A stretch of 64,000 bases of DNA from Actinomycetota bacterium (GTDB lineage Bacteria; Actinomycetota; Geothermincolia; Geothermincolales; RBG-13-55-18): assembly GCA_015711955.1 (NCBI GenBank), contig MU158684.1, positions 11,815 through 75,814 of the forward strand, read 5' to 3'. The stretch's first letter is position 1, and each line of letters starts with the position of its first letter. Positions 18,300 through 29,777 of this stretch are shown one piece after another. The position numbers and the translations under genes were made by a program. The notes under the pieces were generated by a model, which was not told the origin of the DNA, did no database searches, and saw only the letters and a list, made by a program, of their open reading frames with translations.

Positions 18300-19184
18300 A
18301 TGAAAGGAAAGGAAGCTATTTCCATATACACAAAAGGGACGCGCCCGTCAACGCTCACTGCGCTTGTGGTACTCATGATCGGTCTCTCTCTGCTTTTGGT
18401 TTCCTGCGGGAATAGCTCCAGCGAGGGATTGCTCAGAAGGCAGCTTCCCGAGAACGCCACGCCGGAGAAGATCATGCTGGAGGCCCTGAAGGCCACCGAC
18501 GAGGCCAGGACCTTATCTTATTCCTTCCAGTACTCGCTGGTGATACCGCCTTACGGAGACAAGGCCTTCACCAGCGAGGTGAGGCTGGAGGGCGAGGGGC
18601 AATACGATGCCTTAAGCGGAAACGCCAAAATCCACGTCGGCTGGCCCGCCTTCGATACCGAGTTCGACTACGTGCTGTACGAGGGGAAGCCATATTTCAA
18701 ACCCAAGGACGGGCAGAAGTGGTACGAGATGCCCTCATCTACCCAGTTCACCTTTCCCAGCATCGCTGAGCTGACCCGGGATGCCGCCGAGTACATGAAA
18801 AACTTCCAGAAGATAACCAGAATGGCGGACGAAGCGGTGGGGGATAGGGAATGCTTTCATATCGCGCTGGTCCCCAACTTCGACGCCGTCTTGGAGAACG
18901 AGAGCTTCCTCAACGCGGTTTTCCCGGAGGGGACCTTGGACGAACAGGCCTTAAAGAGGCTTGCCGAGCTCAAGGAGAGGCTGCGCAGCGCCTCGATCAA
19001 TTACGAGTATTGGATCGACAAGGAATATCTGGTCTTGAGAAAGACCCATTACAGCGTGGAGCTAATGGAGCCGGGGGATGAGAAAAACCCTCCCTTCACC
19101 ATAAGGTTGGTCATGACCCTCTTCTTTCCCTCATACAACGTGGAGGTGAAGATCGAGAAGCCGCATCTCGTGGCCGCTTCTTGA
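18300..19184 (+). CDS. Putative lipoprotein (LolA/LppX-like fold suspected)
   Basis: The signal peptide ends in the lipobox LLLVSC. SD AGGGGA precedes the ATG at 18300. Confidence 0.65.
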   Translation: MKGKEAISIYTKGTRPSTLTALVVLMIGLSLLLVSCGNSSSEGLLRRQLPENATPEKIMLEALKATDEARTLSYSFQYSLVIPPYGDKAFTSEVRLEGEGQYDALSGNAKIHVGWPAFDTEFDYVLYEGKPYFKPKDGQKWYEMPSSTQFTFPSIAELTRDAAEYMKNFQKITRMADEAVGDRECFHIALVPNFDAVLENESFLNAVFPEGTLDEQALKRLAELKERLRSASINYEYWIDKEYLVLRKTHYSVELMEPGDEKNPPFTIRLVMTLFFPSYNVEVKIEKPHLVAAS

Positions 19185-19214
19185 CGGCCTGCGGAGAGTA
19201 GAGGAGGAAAAGGA

Positions 19215-20057
19215 GTGGATCCCATGCAATACGCTGGAAAGCGGTGGGGCGAAAAAGCAAAAGCCGTGATGCTTGCTGCCGTTATCTTTCCCCTCGTTGC
19301 CTGTCTTGTGGCCGGGGGTTGTGGAGGCGAGAAGGCGGATCCCGTGGGAGCGTTTCAGATAGCCGCTTCCGCCCTGAGGGAAACCACCACCGTGCATGTC
19401 CAGGTGGAAGGGGAGCTCTCCCCCAGGGAAGGTGACAGGAGAAGCTCCTATCCGTTCCAAGGGGACCTTTGGATGGACGTGACCTCCAGATCCCTGGAGG
19501 CGAGAATGGTCCTTCTGGGCATGGAGCTGATGGCCCGTTACGTGAGAGGCGAGGCTTTCCTGCAATGGGGTGGAAAGTGGTTCTCGTTGCCCCAGGAGGG
19601 AAGCGGCGTACTGAGCCGGGAGAAACTCGGGGCGGCGGTGGAGGCGTTCTTCGCCTTGCCTCATTTGCTCTCCTGGGCGGAGGCCGAGCCGGCGGGGGAG
19701 GGCGAGGCGGGATCCTTCAAAGTTTACTACCTGGACCTGCGCATCGATTACCGGAAATTGGAGGAGAGGGAGGAGTTCCTGAACCTGGTGGAGGCGATGG
19801 GTAAAAGCCCGGCGGATTTGGTGATGATGCTCGAGGGCATGAACCCAAGGATTCGGGTGGGGGTCGAGAAGAAGGAGAAGGTCCTGCGGGAAGTGGACGT
19901 GGAGCTGGACATTGAAACGAAAGAACCGATAAGGGTGGGCGGTATGATCACCCTTCCCCCTAATCTGAGGTTTAAGATGAGGGGCTTCTTCCCCGAGTTC
20001 GGGATGGAAGTGAAGGTGGTACCTCCCTCGCAGGCGGAACCCTTCCGGGGCTTCTGA
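19215..20057 (+). CDS. Putative lipoprotein, distant paralogue of the preceding gene
   Basis: The signal peptide has the lipobox LVAGGC. Length and layout match the upstream gene. SD GAGGAGGAAAAGGAG is present. Confidence 0.6.
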   Translation: MDPMQYAGKRWGEKAKAVMLAAVIFPLVACLVAGGCGGEKADPVGAFQIAASALRETTTVHVQVEGELSPREGDRRSSYPFQGDLWMDVTSRSLEARMVLLGMELMARYVRGEAFLQWGGKWFSLPQEGSGVLSREKLGAAVEAFFALPHLLSWAEAEPAGEGEAGSFKVYYLDLRIDYRKLEEREEFLNLVEAMGKSPADLVMMLEGMNPRIRVGVEKKEKVLREVDVELDIETKEPIRVGGMITLPPNLRFKMRGFFPEFGMEVKVVPPSQAEPFRGF

Positions 20058-20086
20058 AGACTTCTGGTAGAATAGCGAAAAGATGC

Positions 20087-20113
20087 CCAGGGCTTGCCAT
20101 CGCCCTGGTTTTT
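20087..20113 (+). terminator. Intrinsic terminator after the lipoprotein pair
   Basis: CCAGGGC-ttgccatc-GCCCTGG followed by TTTTT. Confidence 0.6.
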
Positions 20114-20191
20114 CGGTCGGAGGGAAGCCTGCGCCTCTGAGATGTCACTCGGGCAATTCGGCCTTTCCAGGATGAAAGGAGAGATCGGGTT

Positions 20192-21076
<885 letters not shown>

Positions 21077-23158
21077 ATGGCCGAGGACCTTCTTTTCGAG
21101 ATAGGGACGGAGGAGCTGCCTTGGGGAGCGGTCCAGGACGGGAGGGTCCAACTCCGCGAGAACGCCATGGCCATCCTGAATCGGGAGAGGTTGGAATATA
21201 ATTCCATGGAAATATATTCCACTCCCCGAAGGTTGACCTTGTACGTGAGGGGGCTTTCTGAAAGGCAGAGGGACGAGATCAAGGCCATAAAGGGCCCTTC
21301 CAAGAAAGCGGCATTCGACGAAGAAGGCAGGCCTACCCGAGCGGCCGAGGGTTTTGCCCGTTCCCGAGGGGTGAGGGTGGAGGACCTGGAGGTGCGCAGC
21401 ACCGAGAAGGGAGATTTCGTCTTCGCTGTGGTCAGGGAAGAGGGCAAGCCCACCCGCGAGGTGCTGCCCAGGCTGTTGGAGGAGATAATGCGCTCCTTCA
21501 ATTTCCGCAAATCCATGCGCTGGGGAGAGCGGGATTTCCGTTTCGCTCGGCCAGTGCGTTGGTTGGTGGCCCTTTACGGAGATCAGGTCCTGGACTTCGA
21601 GTTCGAGGGTATAAGGGCTGGGAACGTGACCAGGGGTCGCCGGTTCCACGGCCCCTCCCGCATAACCATAAAGAGGCCGGGTGATTACCTAGCGTCACTG
21701 CGAGAGGCGGGCATCCTCGCCGATCAGGAGGAGAGGAAAAAGGCCGTGAGGGAGGGCATGGAAAAGGCGGCATCCCAGGCGGGACTCGTTCCCGTGCCTG
21801 CCCCGGAGACCTTCGAAGAGGTGGTGGATCTGGTGGAAGCCCCCAGCGCGGTCTTGGGGGAGTTCGACAGGAAGTATCTAAGGCTCCCCAGAGAGGTCCT
21901 CTTTACCGCCATGCAGGAACACCAGAGATATTTCCCCACCCTGACCCAGGAAGGCCAGGTGGCTCCGGCTTTCGTCTTCGTTCACAACGGCGACCCGAGG
22001 TTCAACGAGGTGATAAAGGAGGGCAACGAGAGGGTTCTCAAGGCTAGGCTGGAAGATGCTTCCTTTTTCTTCCAGGAAGACAGGAAAAGGACCCTGGAGG
22101 AGCGGCTCGAAGATCTTAAGCAAGTGGTGTGGCAGGCAAGGCTCGGAACCCTCTACGAGAAGAGCCTTCGACTTTCCCGGCTGGCGGCCCACATAGCGGA
22201 TTTGGCTCACATGGGAAACGAGATCAGGGAAAAAGCCTCCCGCGCCGGGCTGCTATGCAAGGCCGACTTGGTCACCTCCATGGTGGTGGAGTTCCCCTCC
22301 CTCCAAGGCGTCATGGGGAGGATATACGCATTGGATAGCGGGGAGGACGAGGAAGTGGCCAAGGCTATCGAGGAACATTACCTGCCGAGGTGGTCGGGCG
22401 ACTGGCTTCCGGAGACCAGGGCCGGGGCCGTGTTGTCCCTGGCGGAAAAGTTCGACAACCTGGTGGGGTGTTTCTCCGTGGGCTTGACGCCCAGTGGGTC
22501 GGAGGATCCCTATGCCCTCCGCCGGCAGGCGGCGGGCGTCCTACAGGTCATCCGCCAGTCTGGCCTCCACTTGGACCTGGAGAAAGCCTTAGAAAGGGCC
22601 GCTGGCCTTCTGGGGTTGGAGAACCCCACGGCCGTCTTGGAACAGGTGGGCGATTTCCTACGGCAGAGATTTCGCCAACTCCTCATAGGGGAAGGGCATG
22701 ACTACGACCTGGTGGATGCGGTTCTCCCCTTCGCCTTGAAGGACGCGTTGGATGCGCAAGGAAGGCTCGAGGCCTTGGCGGAGGCGAGAAGGGAGGGTCG
22801 GCTGCAGAGGATCTACACCGGGTTCGAGAGGTGTTTCAACCTGTCCCGGCAGGGCTCGGAAAGGGCACTGGACGAGGGACTGCTGGTGGAGCCGGCGGAG
22901 AGGGAGCTGTACTCCCGCCTCACGTGGTCGCAAGAACCGCTCAGGCACTACCTGGACGAGTCCGAGTACTCGAAGGCCCTGGATGTACTCTTAGAACTGG
23001 CTCCCTACGTGGATCGCTTCTTCGCCGAGATATTCGTTATGGGTGATGATGAGGTGATGAAAGGGAACCGGTTGGCCCTCTTGCGGGAGGTGGTCTCCCT
23101 GTACCTTTGCTACGCCGATTTCTCCCGGGTGGTGACCGAAGGTAGAGGGTCGGCTTGA
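21077..23158 (+). CDS. glyS: Glycine--tRNA ligase beta subunit
   Basis: It starts 1 nt after the glyQ stop. LLFEIGTEELP...RRLTLYV...MRWG matches GlyS. Confidence 0.95.
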   Translation: MAEDLLFEIGTEELPWGAVQDGRVQLRENAMAILNRERLEYNSMEIYSTPRRLTLYVRGLSERQRDEIKAIKGPSKKAAFDEEGRPTRAAEGFARSRGVRVEDLEVRSTEKGDFVFAVVREEGKPTREVLPRLLEEIMRSFNFRKSMRWGERDFRFARPVRWLVALYGDQVLDFEFEGIRAGNVTRGRRFHGPSRITIKRPGDYLASLREAGILADQEERKKAVREGMEKAASQAGLVPVPAPETFEEVVDLVEAPSAVLGEFDRKYLRLPREVLFTAMQEHQRYFPTLTQEGQVAPAFVFVHNGDPRFNEVIKEGNERVLKARLEDASFFFQEDRKRTLEERLEDLKQVVWQARLGTLYEKSLRLSRLAAHIADLAHMGNEIREKASRAGLLCKADLVTSMVVEFPSLQGVMGRIYALDSGEDEEVAKAIEEHYLPRWSGDWLPETRAGAVLSLAEKFDNLVGCFSVGLTPSGSEDPYALRRQAAGVLQVIRQSGLHLDLEKALERAAGLLGLENPTAVLEQVGDFLRQRFRQLLIGEGHDYDLVDAVLPFALKDALDAQGRLEALAEARREGRLQRIYTGFERCFNLSRQGSERALDEGLLVEPAERELYSRLTWSQEPLRHYLDESEYSKALDVLLELAPYVDRFFAEIFVMGDDEVMKGNRLALLREVVSLYLCYADFSRVVTEGRGSA

Positions 23159-23346
23159 GGGAGCTCGATGGAGATGTGAAGTCGAAACCCAAACCCGACA
23201 CTGGAAAAGGGTGTGTCGATGGCCGAGGGATGGGTAAATAAGAGATATGATCTTCCGGAGAAGGGCGGGAAAACGACACGCGTTTCTCGTTTCAGGAAGG
23301 GGATTACGTGGAAAAGGACCGGTGGTCTGTGGAAGGAGGAAGTCCT

Positions 23347-26001
23347 ATGGCTGTGAAGTACGTTTACGACTTCGACGAAGGAAACGCGGCCATGAAGGAT
23401 CTCCTGGGAGGCAAGGGTTCTAACCTGGCGGAGATGACCAGGCTGGGACTTCCCGTGCCCCCCGGATTCACCATCACCACCGAGGCCTGTCGCTTCTATT
23501 CCCGGGAGAGCAGGTATCCCGATGGGTTGGAGGAGGAGGTGAGGGAGCACCTCCGCCGCCTCGAGGAGAAGATGGGCAAGAAACTGGGCGACCCGAAAGA
23601 CCCTCTTCTGGTCTCCGTCCGTTCCGGGGCCAAGATCTCCATGCCCGGGATGATGGACACCGTGCTCAACTTGGGCCTCAACGACGAGTCGGTGCAGGGC
23701 CTGGCGGAGCAGACCGGCGACGAGAGGTTCGCCTACGACGCCTACCGTCGCTTCATCCAGATGTTCGCCGACATCGTGATGGGGGTTGACCGCTCGTTGT
23801 TCGAGCGAGAGATCGAGAGGAAAAAGGAGGAAAAGGGAATCAAGCTGGATGTGGAGCTTTCCGCCGATGACTGGAAGGACTTGGTGGATAGGTTCAAGGC
23901 CATAGTTAGGGAACATGCAGGCCGCGACTTCCCCTCTGACCCCTGGGAGCAGCTGGACCTGGCCATCAAAGCGGTCTTCCGTTCCTGGGACAACCCCCGG
24001 GCCAAGACCTACAGGAAGCAATACGACATTCCTGAGGACCTGGGGACGGCGGTGAACGTGCAGGCGATGGTCTTCGGGAACAAGGGCGACGAATCGGGCA
24101 CCGGCGTGTGCTTCACCCGTGACCCTTCCACCGGCGAGAAGCGGCCCTTCGGGGAATATCTGATCAACGCCCAGGGGGAGGACGTGGTGGCAGGTATCCG
24201 CACCCCCAAGCGCTTGGAGGAACTGGAAAAGGAGATGCCCGAGCTGTACCGGCAGCTCACGGAGATGATGGACAAGCTTGAGAGACACTATCGCGACATG
24301 CAGGACATAGAATTCACCATCGAGCAGGGCAAGCTCTACCTGCTCCAGACCAGGACCGGGAAGCGCACCGCGGCCGCAGCGCTGAAGATCGCAGTGGACA
24401 TGGTGGAAGAGGGCCTCATCAGCAAGGAGGAGGCGGTGGCCCGGGTACAGCCCGAACAGCTGGATCAGCTGCTTCATCCAAGGCTGGACCCCAACGCCGA
24501 GTACGACGTCATCGCCAAAGGACTGCCTGCTTCACCGGGAGCGGCGGTGGGAGAGGTGGTTTTCGACGCCGACACCGCCGAGGTGAGGGGCTCTCGTGGA
24601 GAGAAGGTCATCTTGGTGAGGTGGGAGACCACCCCCGACGACATCCACGGCATAATCAAAGCTCAGGGGGTGCTCACCAGCCACGGGGGCATGACCAGCC
24701 ACGCTGCGGTAGTGGCCCGGGGTATGGGGAAGCCCTGCGTTTGTGGGGCGGAAGCCATCAAGATCAACCAGGCCGAGAGGATATTCGAGGTGGATGGCCT
24801 GGTAGTGCGGGAAGGCGACGTCATCACCATAGACGGCACCTCCGGGAAGGTGATCCTGGGAGAGGTCAAGCTCATCGAGCCGCAGGTGGACGAGAACCTG
24901 GAGAAGATACTGGCCTGGGCCCATGAGATCCGCCGTCTGGACGTGAGGACCAACGCCGACACCCCAGAGGATGCCCGGCGTGCCCGGGATTTCGGCGCTC
25001 ACGGCATAGGCCTGTGCCGGATCGAGCACATGCTCATCGGGGAGGAGAGGCTGCCCATAGTTCGCCGGATGATCCTGGCGGAGACTCCCGAGGAGCGCAG
25101 ACAGGCTTTGGAGGAGCTGGAGCCCTACCTGAGGAAAGACTTCCGGGAGATCCTGGAGGCCATGGACGGCTATCCGGTGACCATAAGGCTGTTGGACCCC
25201 CCACTGCATGAGTTCCTGCCCCGGGAGTCGGACCTTCGTGTGGAATTGGTGGAGCTCAGGCATGTACCGGGAGACCGGGACGAGCTGGAAGCGAAGGAGA
25301 AACTGTACGCCCGGGTGAGGGCGGAGACGGAGGCCAACCCCATGCTGGGCTTGAGGGGCTGCCGACTGGGCGTGACCATGGAGGGGGTAACCGAGATGCA
25401 GGTGAGGGCCATTGTGGGAGCAGCCTGCGAGCTAAAAAAGGAAGGCAAGGATCCGCGGCCGGAGATCATGGTCCCCTTGGTGGCGTTCCGGAGGGAGCTG
25501 GAGATAGAAAAGGAGAAGATCCTCAAGGTCGCCCGGGAGGTCCAGGAGGATATGGGAGTTCAGGTGGAGTTCTCGGTGGGGACCATGATAGAGCTGCCCA
25601 GGGCGGCCCTCACCGCCGACGAGATAGCCGAGGTGGCGGAGTTCTTCTCCTTCGGCACCAACGACCTGACCCAGACCACCTTGGGGTTCAGCCGGGACGA
25701 CGCAGAGGCCAAATTCCTGCCGGCTTATCTTGACAAGGGAATACTCAAGGAGAACCCCTTCCAGACCCTGGACGTGGATGGGGTGGGGAAACTCGTCCGC
25801 ATGGCCTGTGAGCAGGGACGGAAATCAAATCCCTCCTTGAAGCTGGGCATATGCGGGGAGCACGGGGGTGACCCAAAGAGCATCCGTTTCTGTCACGATG
25901 TGGGGCTGGATTACGTGAGCTGCTCCCCCTTCCGGGTGCCGGTGGCCATACTGGCCGCCGCTCACGCGGCCCTGGGAGATGTGCAGGACGCCACCAAATG
26001 A
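23347..26001 (+). CDS. ppdK: Pyruvate, phosphate dikinase
   Basis: MAVKYVYDFDEGN...LLGGKGSNLAEM, the catalytic-His region GGMTSHAAVVARG and the C-terminal PEP-utilising domain are present. ATG at 23347 after GAAGGAGGA. Confidence 0.95.
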   Translation: MAVKYVYDFDEGNAAMKDLLGGKGSNLAEMTRLGLPVPPGFTITTEACRFYSRESRYPDGLEEEVREHLRRLEEKMGKKLGDPKDPLLVSVRSGAKISMPGMMDTVLNLGLNDESVQGLAEQTGDERFAYDAYRRFIQMFADIVMGVDRSLFEREIERKKEEKGIKLDVELSADDWKDLVDRFKAIVREHAGRDFPSDPWEQLDLAIKAVFRSWDNPRAKTYRKQYDIPEDLGTAVNVQAMVFGNKGDESGTGVCFTRDPSTGEKRPFGEYLINAQGEDVVAGIRTPKRLEELEKEMPELYRQLTEMMDKLERHYRDMQDIEFTIEQGKLYLLQTRTGKRTAAAALKIAVDMVEEGLISKEEAVARVQPEQLDQLLHPRLDPNAEYDVIAKGLPASPGAAVGEVVFDADTAEVRGSRGEKVILVRWETTPDDIHGIIKAQGVLTSHGGMTSHAAVVARGMGKPCVCGAEAIKINQAERIFEVDGLVVREGDVITIDGTSGKVILGEVKLIEPQVDENLEKILAWAHEIRRLDVRTNADTPEDARRARDFGAHGIGLCRIEHMLIGEERLPIVRRMILAETPEERRQALEELEPYLRKDFREILEAMDGYPVTIRLLDPPLHEFLPRESDLRVELVELRHVPGDRDELEAKEKLYARVRAETEANPMLGLRGCRLGVTMEGVTEMQVRAIVGAACELKKEGKDPRPEIMVPLVAFRRELEIEKEKILKVAREVQEDMGVQVEFSVGTMIELPRAALTADEIAEVAEFFSFGTNDLTQTTLGFSRDDAEAKFLPAYLDKGILKENPFQTLDVDGVGKLVRMACEQGRKSNPSLKLGICGEHGGDPKSIRFCHDVGLDYVSCSPFRVPVAILAAAHAALGDVQDATK

Positions 26002-26113
26002 TAACCGTGGATTGGCCGGGCTTTTCCGCCCGTACGATCTAGTGGGTATAGTGTCACCGGAGGAGGCTTTTGGAGCTCTCCTCCGGGTTTGTTGTTGTCC
26101 ACGAAGGGAGGTG

Positions 26114-26716
26114 ATGGGCATGTACATCTTGGCGGTGAACGGTAGTCCTCACGCCGACGGCAACACCGCCCGGTTGCTGCAGGAGGTGATCGAGGCCGCC
26201 AAGGAGGAGGGCGTGGAGGGAAGGACGCTTCAAGTGATGGAGGTGGTCAAGGGACAGGAGATGCCCTTCTGCGTGGCCTGCAGCAGCCCGTGTCGGGAGA
26301 TATGCCATGAGAAACATCCCGCCCTCGCGGAGGCCTGCCGGCTCTTGGAGGAGGCTTCGGCGGTGGTCCTGGGAAGTCCTGTTTATTTTGGCACCGTGAC
26401 TGCCCAATTGAAGGCGTTTTGGGATAAGACCCGGGCCATACGGTCTCGCCGCTCCCTGGTGGGCAAACCCGCAGGCGCAGTGGCGGTGGGCGCCTCTCGC
26501 TTTGGGGGTCAAGAAACCACCGTAAGGGCTCTCCACGATATGCTTTTGATCCAGGGGATGACGGTGGTGGGTGAGGGCACGGAGGACAGCGACGCCGGAC
26601 ACCAGGGAGTGTGCGCCCAGCGTCCCGCCGTCGAGGACTCCTATGCCCTGGAGAGGGCGAGGATATTGGGAAAGAGACTGGCCTTGGAGGTAAAACATAG
26701 GGGGGTAACGTCCTGA
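26114..26716 (+). CDS. NADPH-dependent FMN reductase / iron-sulfur-flavoprotein-like protein
   Basis: ILAVNGSPHADGNT, the compact Cys motif CVACSSPCREIC and GSPVYFGTVTAQLK are present. ATG at 26114 after GAAGGGAGG. Confidence 0.75.
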   Translation: MGMYILAVNGSPHADGNTARLLQEVIEAAKEEGVEGRTLQVMEVVKGQEMPFCVACSSPCREICHEKHPALAEACRLLEEASAVVLGSPVYFGTVTAQLKAFWDKTRAIRSRRSLVGKPAGAVAVGASRFGGQETTVRALHDMLLIQGMTVVGEGTEDSDAGHQGVCAQRPAVEDSYALERARILGKRLALEVKHRGVTS

Positions 26717-26718
26717 TC

Positions 26719-27723
26719 ATGGGCGTCCGGGAGGACATTGAGGAGCTGGAGGAGCGCTGGCTCTCGCCCTTTGCGGTGCGCAGCCGGGAGAGCAGGGGAA
26801 GGGTCAGACCGGAAGAACCGGATCCCCTGCGCACATGCTTCATGCGGGATCGGGATCGGATCATCCACAGCAAGGCCTTCCGCCGCCTGAAACACAAGAC
26901 CCAGGTGTTCCTCGCCCCCGAGGGAGACCATTACCGTACCCGACTGACCCATACTCTCGAGGTCAGCCAGATTTCCCGTACCATAGCCCGGGCGCTGCGT
27001 CTCAATGAGGATCTCACGGAGGCCATCGCCTTGGGGCACGACCTGGGCCACACTCCTTTCGGTCACATAGGGGAGGAGGCCTTCAAGGACCTGACCCCCA
27101 GGCCTTTTCGCCACAACGAGCAGAGCCTGCGGGTGGTGGACAGGCTGGAGTACGGGGGGAAGGGACTCAACCTCACCTGGGAGGTGAGGGACGGTATATT
27201 GCATCACACCGGTTCCAGTCCCCTTCCTTCCACCCTGGAGGGGAGGATCGTGAGGATAGCCGACCGGATCGCCTATGTCAATCACGACGTGGACGACGCC
27301 ATAAGAGCGGGCATCCTCACCGAAAAGGACCTGCCCCGTTCCACTGTGGAAGTTCTGGGCAGGCATCACAGCCAGAGGATCGACACCTTGGTGAGGGACA
27401 TCGTGAGGGAGAGCGCGGGCAAGCCAGACATCCTCATGAGCCCGGAGGTCGCCGCCGCCCTAAATGAACTGCGAGATTTCCTGTTCCAACGGGTTTACGT
27501 CGGTTCCGTGGCCAAGCAGGAGGAGGAAAAAGCGGTGATCGTGCTGAGGAGCCTCTTCTCCTATTATCTGGAACACCCGGAGGAGATGCCCGAGGAGTTC
27601 CGTAGGGGAGATGAGGAGCTCAGTGTGAGGGTCTGCGATTACGTGGCGGGGATGACCGATCGATATGCCCTGCGCAAATACCAGGAGATCTTCCTGCCCA
27701 AGGTCTGGGTGGGGGACCTCTGA
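26719..27723 (+). CDS. dgt: dGTP triphosphohydrolase-like HD protein
   Basis: FMRDRDRIIHSKAFRRLKHKTQVF, YRTRLTHTLEV and GHDLGHTPFGH are present. Confidence 0.9.
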   Translation: MGVREDIEELEERWLSPFAVRSRESRGRVRPEEPDPLRTCFMRDRDRIIHSKAFRRLKHKTQVFLAPEGDHYRTRLTHTLEVSQISRTIARALRLNEDLTEAIALGHDLGHTPFGHIGEEAFKDLTPRPFRHNEQSLRVVDRLEYGGKGLNLTWEVRDGILHHTGSSPLPSTLEGRIVRIADRIAYVNHDVDDAIRAGILTEKDLPRSTVEVLGRHHSQRIDTLVRDIVRESAGKPDILMSPEVAAALNELRDFLFQRVYVGSVAKQEEEKAVIVLRSLFSYYLEHPEEMPEEFRRGDEELSVRVCDYVAGMTDRYALRKYQEIFLPKVWVGDL

Positions 27724-27894
27724 TGCCGCGCGGGCGGGTTCGCCGTCTGGGTCCGACTCGGTCCTCGGAGATCAGTAAACTTATGTCCTGCGGTGGTTTT
27801 CGAGTGCCGGGGCGTCCTTTTACCAGAATCACAGCGAGGGCCTGGTCGAAGACGCTGGCGCCTGTCGCGGTTCTCGAGGGGTGAGGGATCGGTA

Positions 27895-29718
27895 ATGGCA
27901 GGAGGAAGGATCAAAGAGGAGGATATAGACGCCCTGCGCGAGAGGGTGGATATAGTGGACGTGATCTCCGATTACGTCCAACTCAAGAAGGCGGGCAGGT
28001 TATTCAAGGGACTTTGCCCGTTCCATTCCGAGAAGACCCCTTCTTTCATGGTCGATCCCCAGAAGCAGCTTTACCACTGTTTCGGCTGCGGGGAGGGGGG
28101 AAACGTTTACACGTTCCTCATGAGGAAGGAGGGACTCGATTTTCGGGAGGCGGTGGAGAGGCTGGCCTCCCGAGTAGGTTTTCCTCTTCGGTACGAGGGT
28201 TCTCAGGCCAGCCGAAAGGAAGGGGAGCGGGAACGCCTGTTCCGGATCAACGAATGGGCGGCGGAGGTGTATCACCGGCTGCTCGTGGAGGACCCAGCCG
28301 GCGCCCCGGGGAGGGAATACCTGGAGCGGCGGGGGTTCGGGGAAGAGGCGGTGAAGGCCTTCCGGATCGGCTATTCCCCTCCCCAGTGGGATTTCCTCTA
28401 CCGCCGGGCCGTACAAAAGGGGTTCGGCGTGGCCGATTTCATCCGCTCCGGCCTGGGTGTGCGCAGCGAGAAGGGTGCTTACGACCGTTTCCGGGGCAGG
28501 CTGATCTTCCCCATCCTGGATCTGCAGGGCAGGGTGGTGGCCTTCGGAGGAAGGTTGGTGGGGGAGGGCCAGCCGAAATACCTCAACTCCCCAGAGACCC
28601 CTGTTTACGTGAAGTCCAGGCACCTTTACGGCCTTTTCCAGGCCAGGAGGGAGATTGTCCAGGCGGGATACGCCCTCCTGGTGGAGGGATACACCGACGT
28701 GATAGCCCTGTGGCAGGCGGGGATACGTAACGCGGTGGCCACCCTGGGCACGGCTCTGGGGGAGGAACATCTTAGGGTGCTCTCCCGATTCACCGAAAAG
28801 ATACTCTTGGCCTTTGACGCGGACTCGGCGGGACTGTCCGCCAGCTTGAGGGCTCTTCAGTTCGGTGACCAGTTCAACCTGGACCTCCGGGTGGTGGCCT
28901 TGGACCGAGGCACCGATCCCGCCGATTTCGTGGCTCAAAGAGGAGCGGAGGAGTTCCTGCGCAGGGCGAGGGAGAGCGAGCCCTTGATGGATTATTCGGT
29001 GCGCACCACGCTGGAGAGATTCGATCCCAGGGACACCAACGCCAGGAACCGGGGAGTGATGACCGCCCTCAGGCTGCTGGCCAGCTGGGGCAATCCTTTG
29101 ATGGTCGAGCCACAACTGAAGGCGGTGGCCGATTGGGCGGGACTGGATTACCGTGGCGTCTTTCAGTCTTATCTCGCCATGACGAAGGGCGGACGGGAGC
29201 AAGGGGTTCCGGCGAGACTCGTTGTCGACCCTCAGGTGCGGGTAGAGCGGGAACTTTTGAGCCTCATCTTCCATCATCCATACCTGCTGGAGAAGGCTTC
29301 CCTGGAGGTGGGGGAAGACCTGATCGCCGAGGTGGAGAATAGGGTCCTTTGGAGGGCCTTAGTGGAAGCGTACCACTCCGGTGCGTGGGGCGCGTCCGGT
29401 TCAGGGGACAGAGAAAGCCATTGCTCGGCGTTCTTGGACGAGTTGGAGGAAAGGCCGAGAAAACTAGCCACCAGTTTAATTTTTAGCGGAAGCGGGAAAT
29501 TTGATAGAATGGGGAAAGACGAGGCGAATTTGTTGTACAATGACATATTGGTTTCCCTGAAGGAATTCCACATCCAGCGTCTAATAAGAGAGAAGAGACG
29601 CGAGCTGGCACGCTTGGCAGCATCCCCGCACCGGGATCACGAGAAAGAACGAGAGATCAGCGAGGAGATATTCGCCCTTGAACGCTTGAGAAGGGAACTC
29701 CGTGCCCTCAGGGCTTAA
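27895..29718 (+). CDS. dnaG: DNA primase
   Basis: The zinc finger is CPFHSEKTPSFMV...YHCFGCGEGGN, followed by the Toprim block LVEGYTDV...DAD. ATG at 27895. Confidence 0.9.
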   Translation: MAGGRIKEEDIDALRERVDIVDVISDYVQLKKAGRLFKGLCPFHSEKTPSFMVDPQKQLYHCFGCGEGGNVYTFLMRKEGLDFREAVERLASRVGFPLRYEGSQASRKEGERERLFRINEWAAEVYHRLLVEDPAGAPGREYLERRGFGEEAVKAFRIGYSPPQWDFLYRRAVQKGFGVADFIRSGLGVRSEKGAYDRFRGRLIFPILDLQGRVVAFGGRLVGEGQPKYLNSPETPVYVKSRHLYGLFQARREIVQAGYALLVEGYTDVIALWQAGIRNAVATLGTALGEEHLRVLSRFTEKILLAFDADSAGLSASLRALQFGDQFNLDLRVVALDRGTDPADFVAQRGAEEFLRRARESEPLMDYSVRTTLERFDPRDTNARNRGVMTALRLLASWGNPLMVEPQLKAVADWAGLDYRGVFQSYLAMTKGGREQGVPARLVVDPQVRVERELLSLIFHHPYLLEKASLEVGEDLIAEVENRVLWRALVEAYHSGAWGASGSGDRESHCSAFLDELEERPRKLATSLIFSGSGKFDRMGKDEANLLYNDILVSLKEFHIQRLIREKRRELARLAASPHRDHEKEREISEEIFALERLRRELRALRA

Positions 29719-29777
29719 AGCCTTAAAACCAAGCCATCGATTTAAACTGTGAAAATCTGCGTGAAGGTGATCGGAAG

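Noticed and set aside
20058-20191. Possible glycine T-box leader upstream of glyQS
   Set aside because: The gap is only 134 nt. I cannot find the conserved T-box sequence or a specifier-loop arrangement. The single hairpin plus T-tract is adequately explained as the terminator of the upstream lipoprotein genes.
23110-24477. 455-aa minus-strand ORF
   Set aside because: It is entirely antisense to ppdK, which has unmistakable homology. The ORF has no motifs and a biased His/Gly/Pro/Leu composition, as expected for a shadow ORF in GC-rich DNA.
28000-29277. 425-aa minus-strand ORF (plus the 238-aa plus-strand off-frame ORF 28014..28730)
   Set aside because: Both overlap dnaG. They have no recognisable motifs and a shadow-ORF composition.
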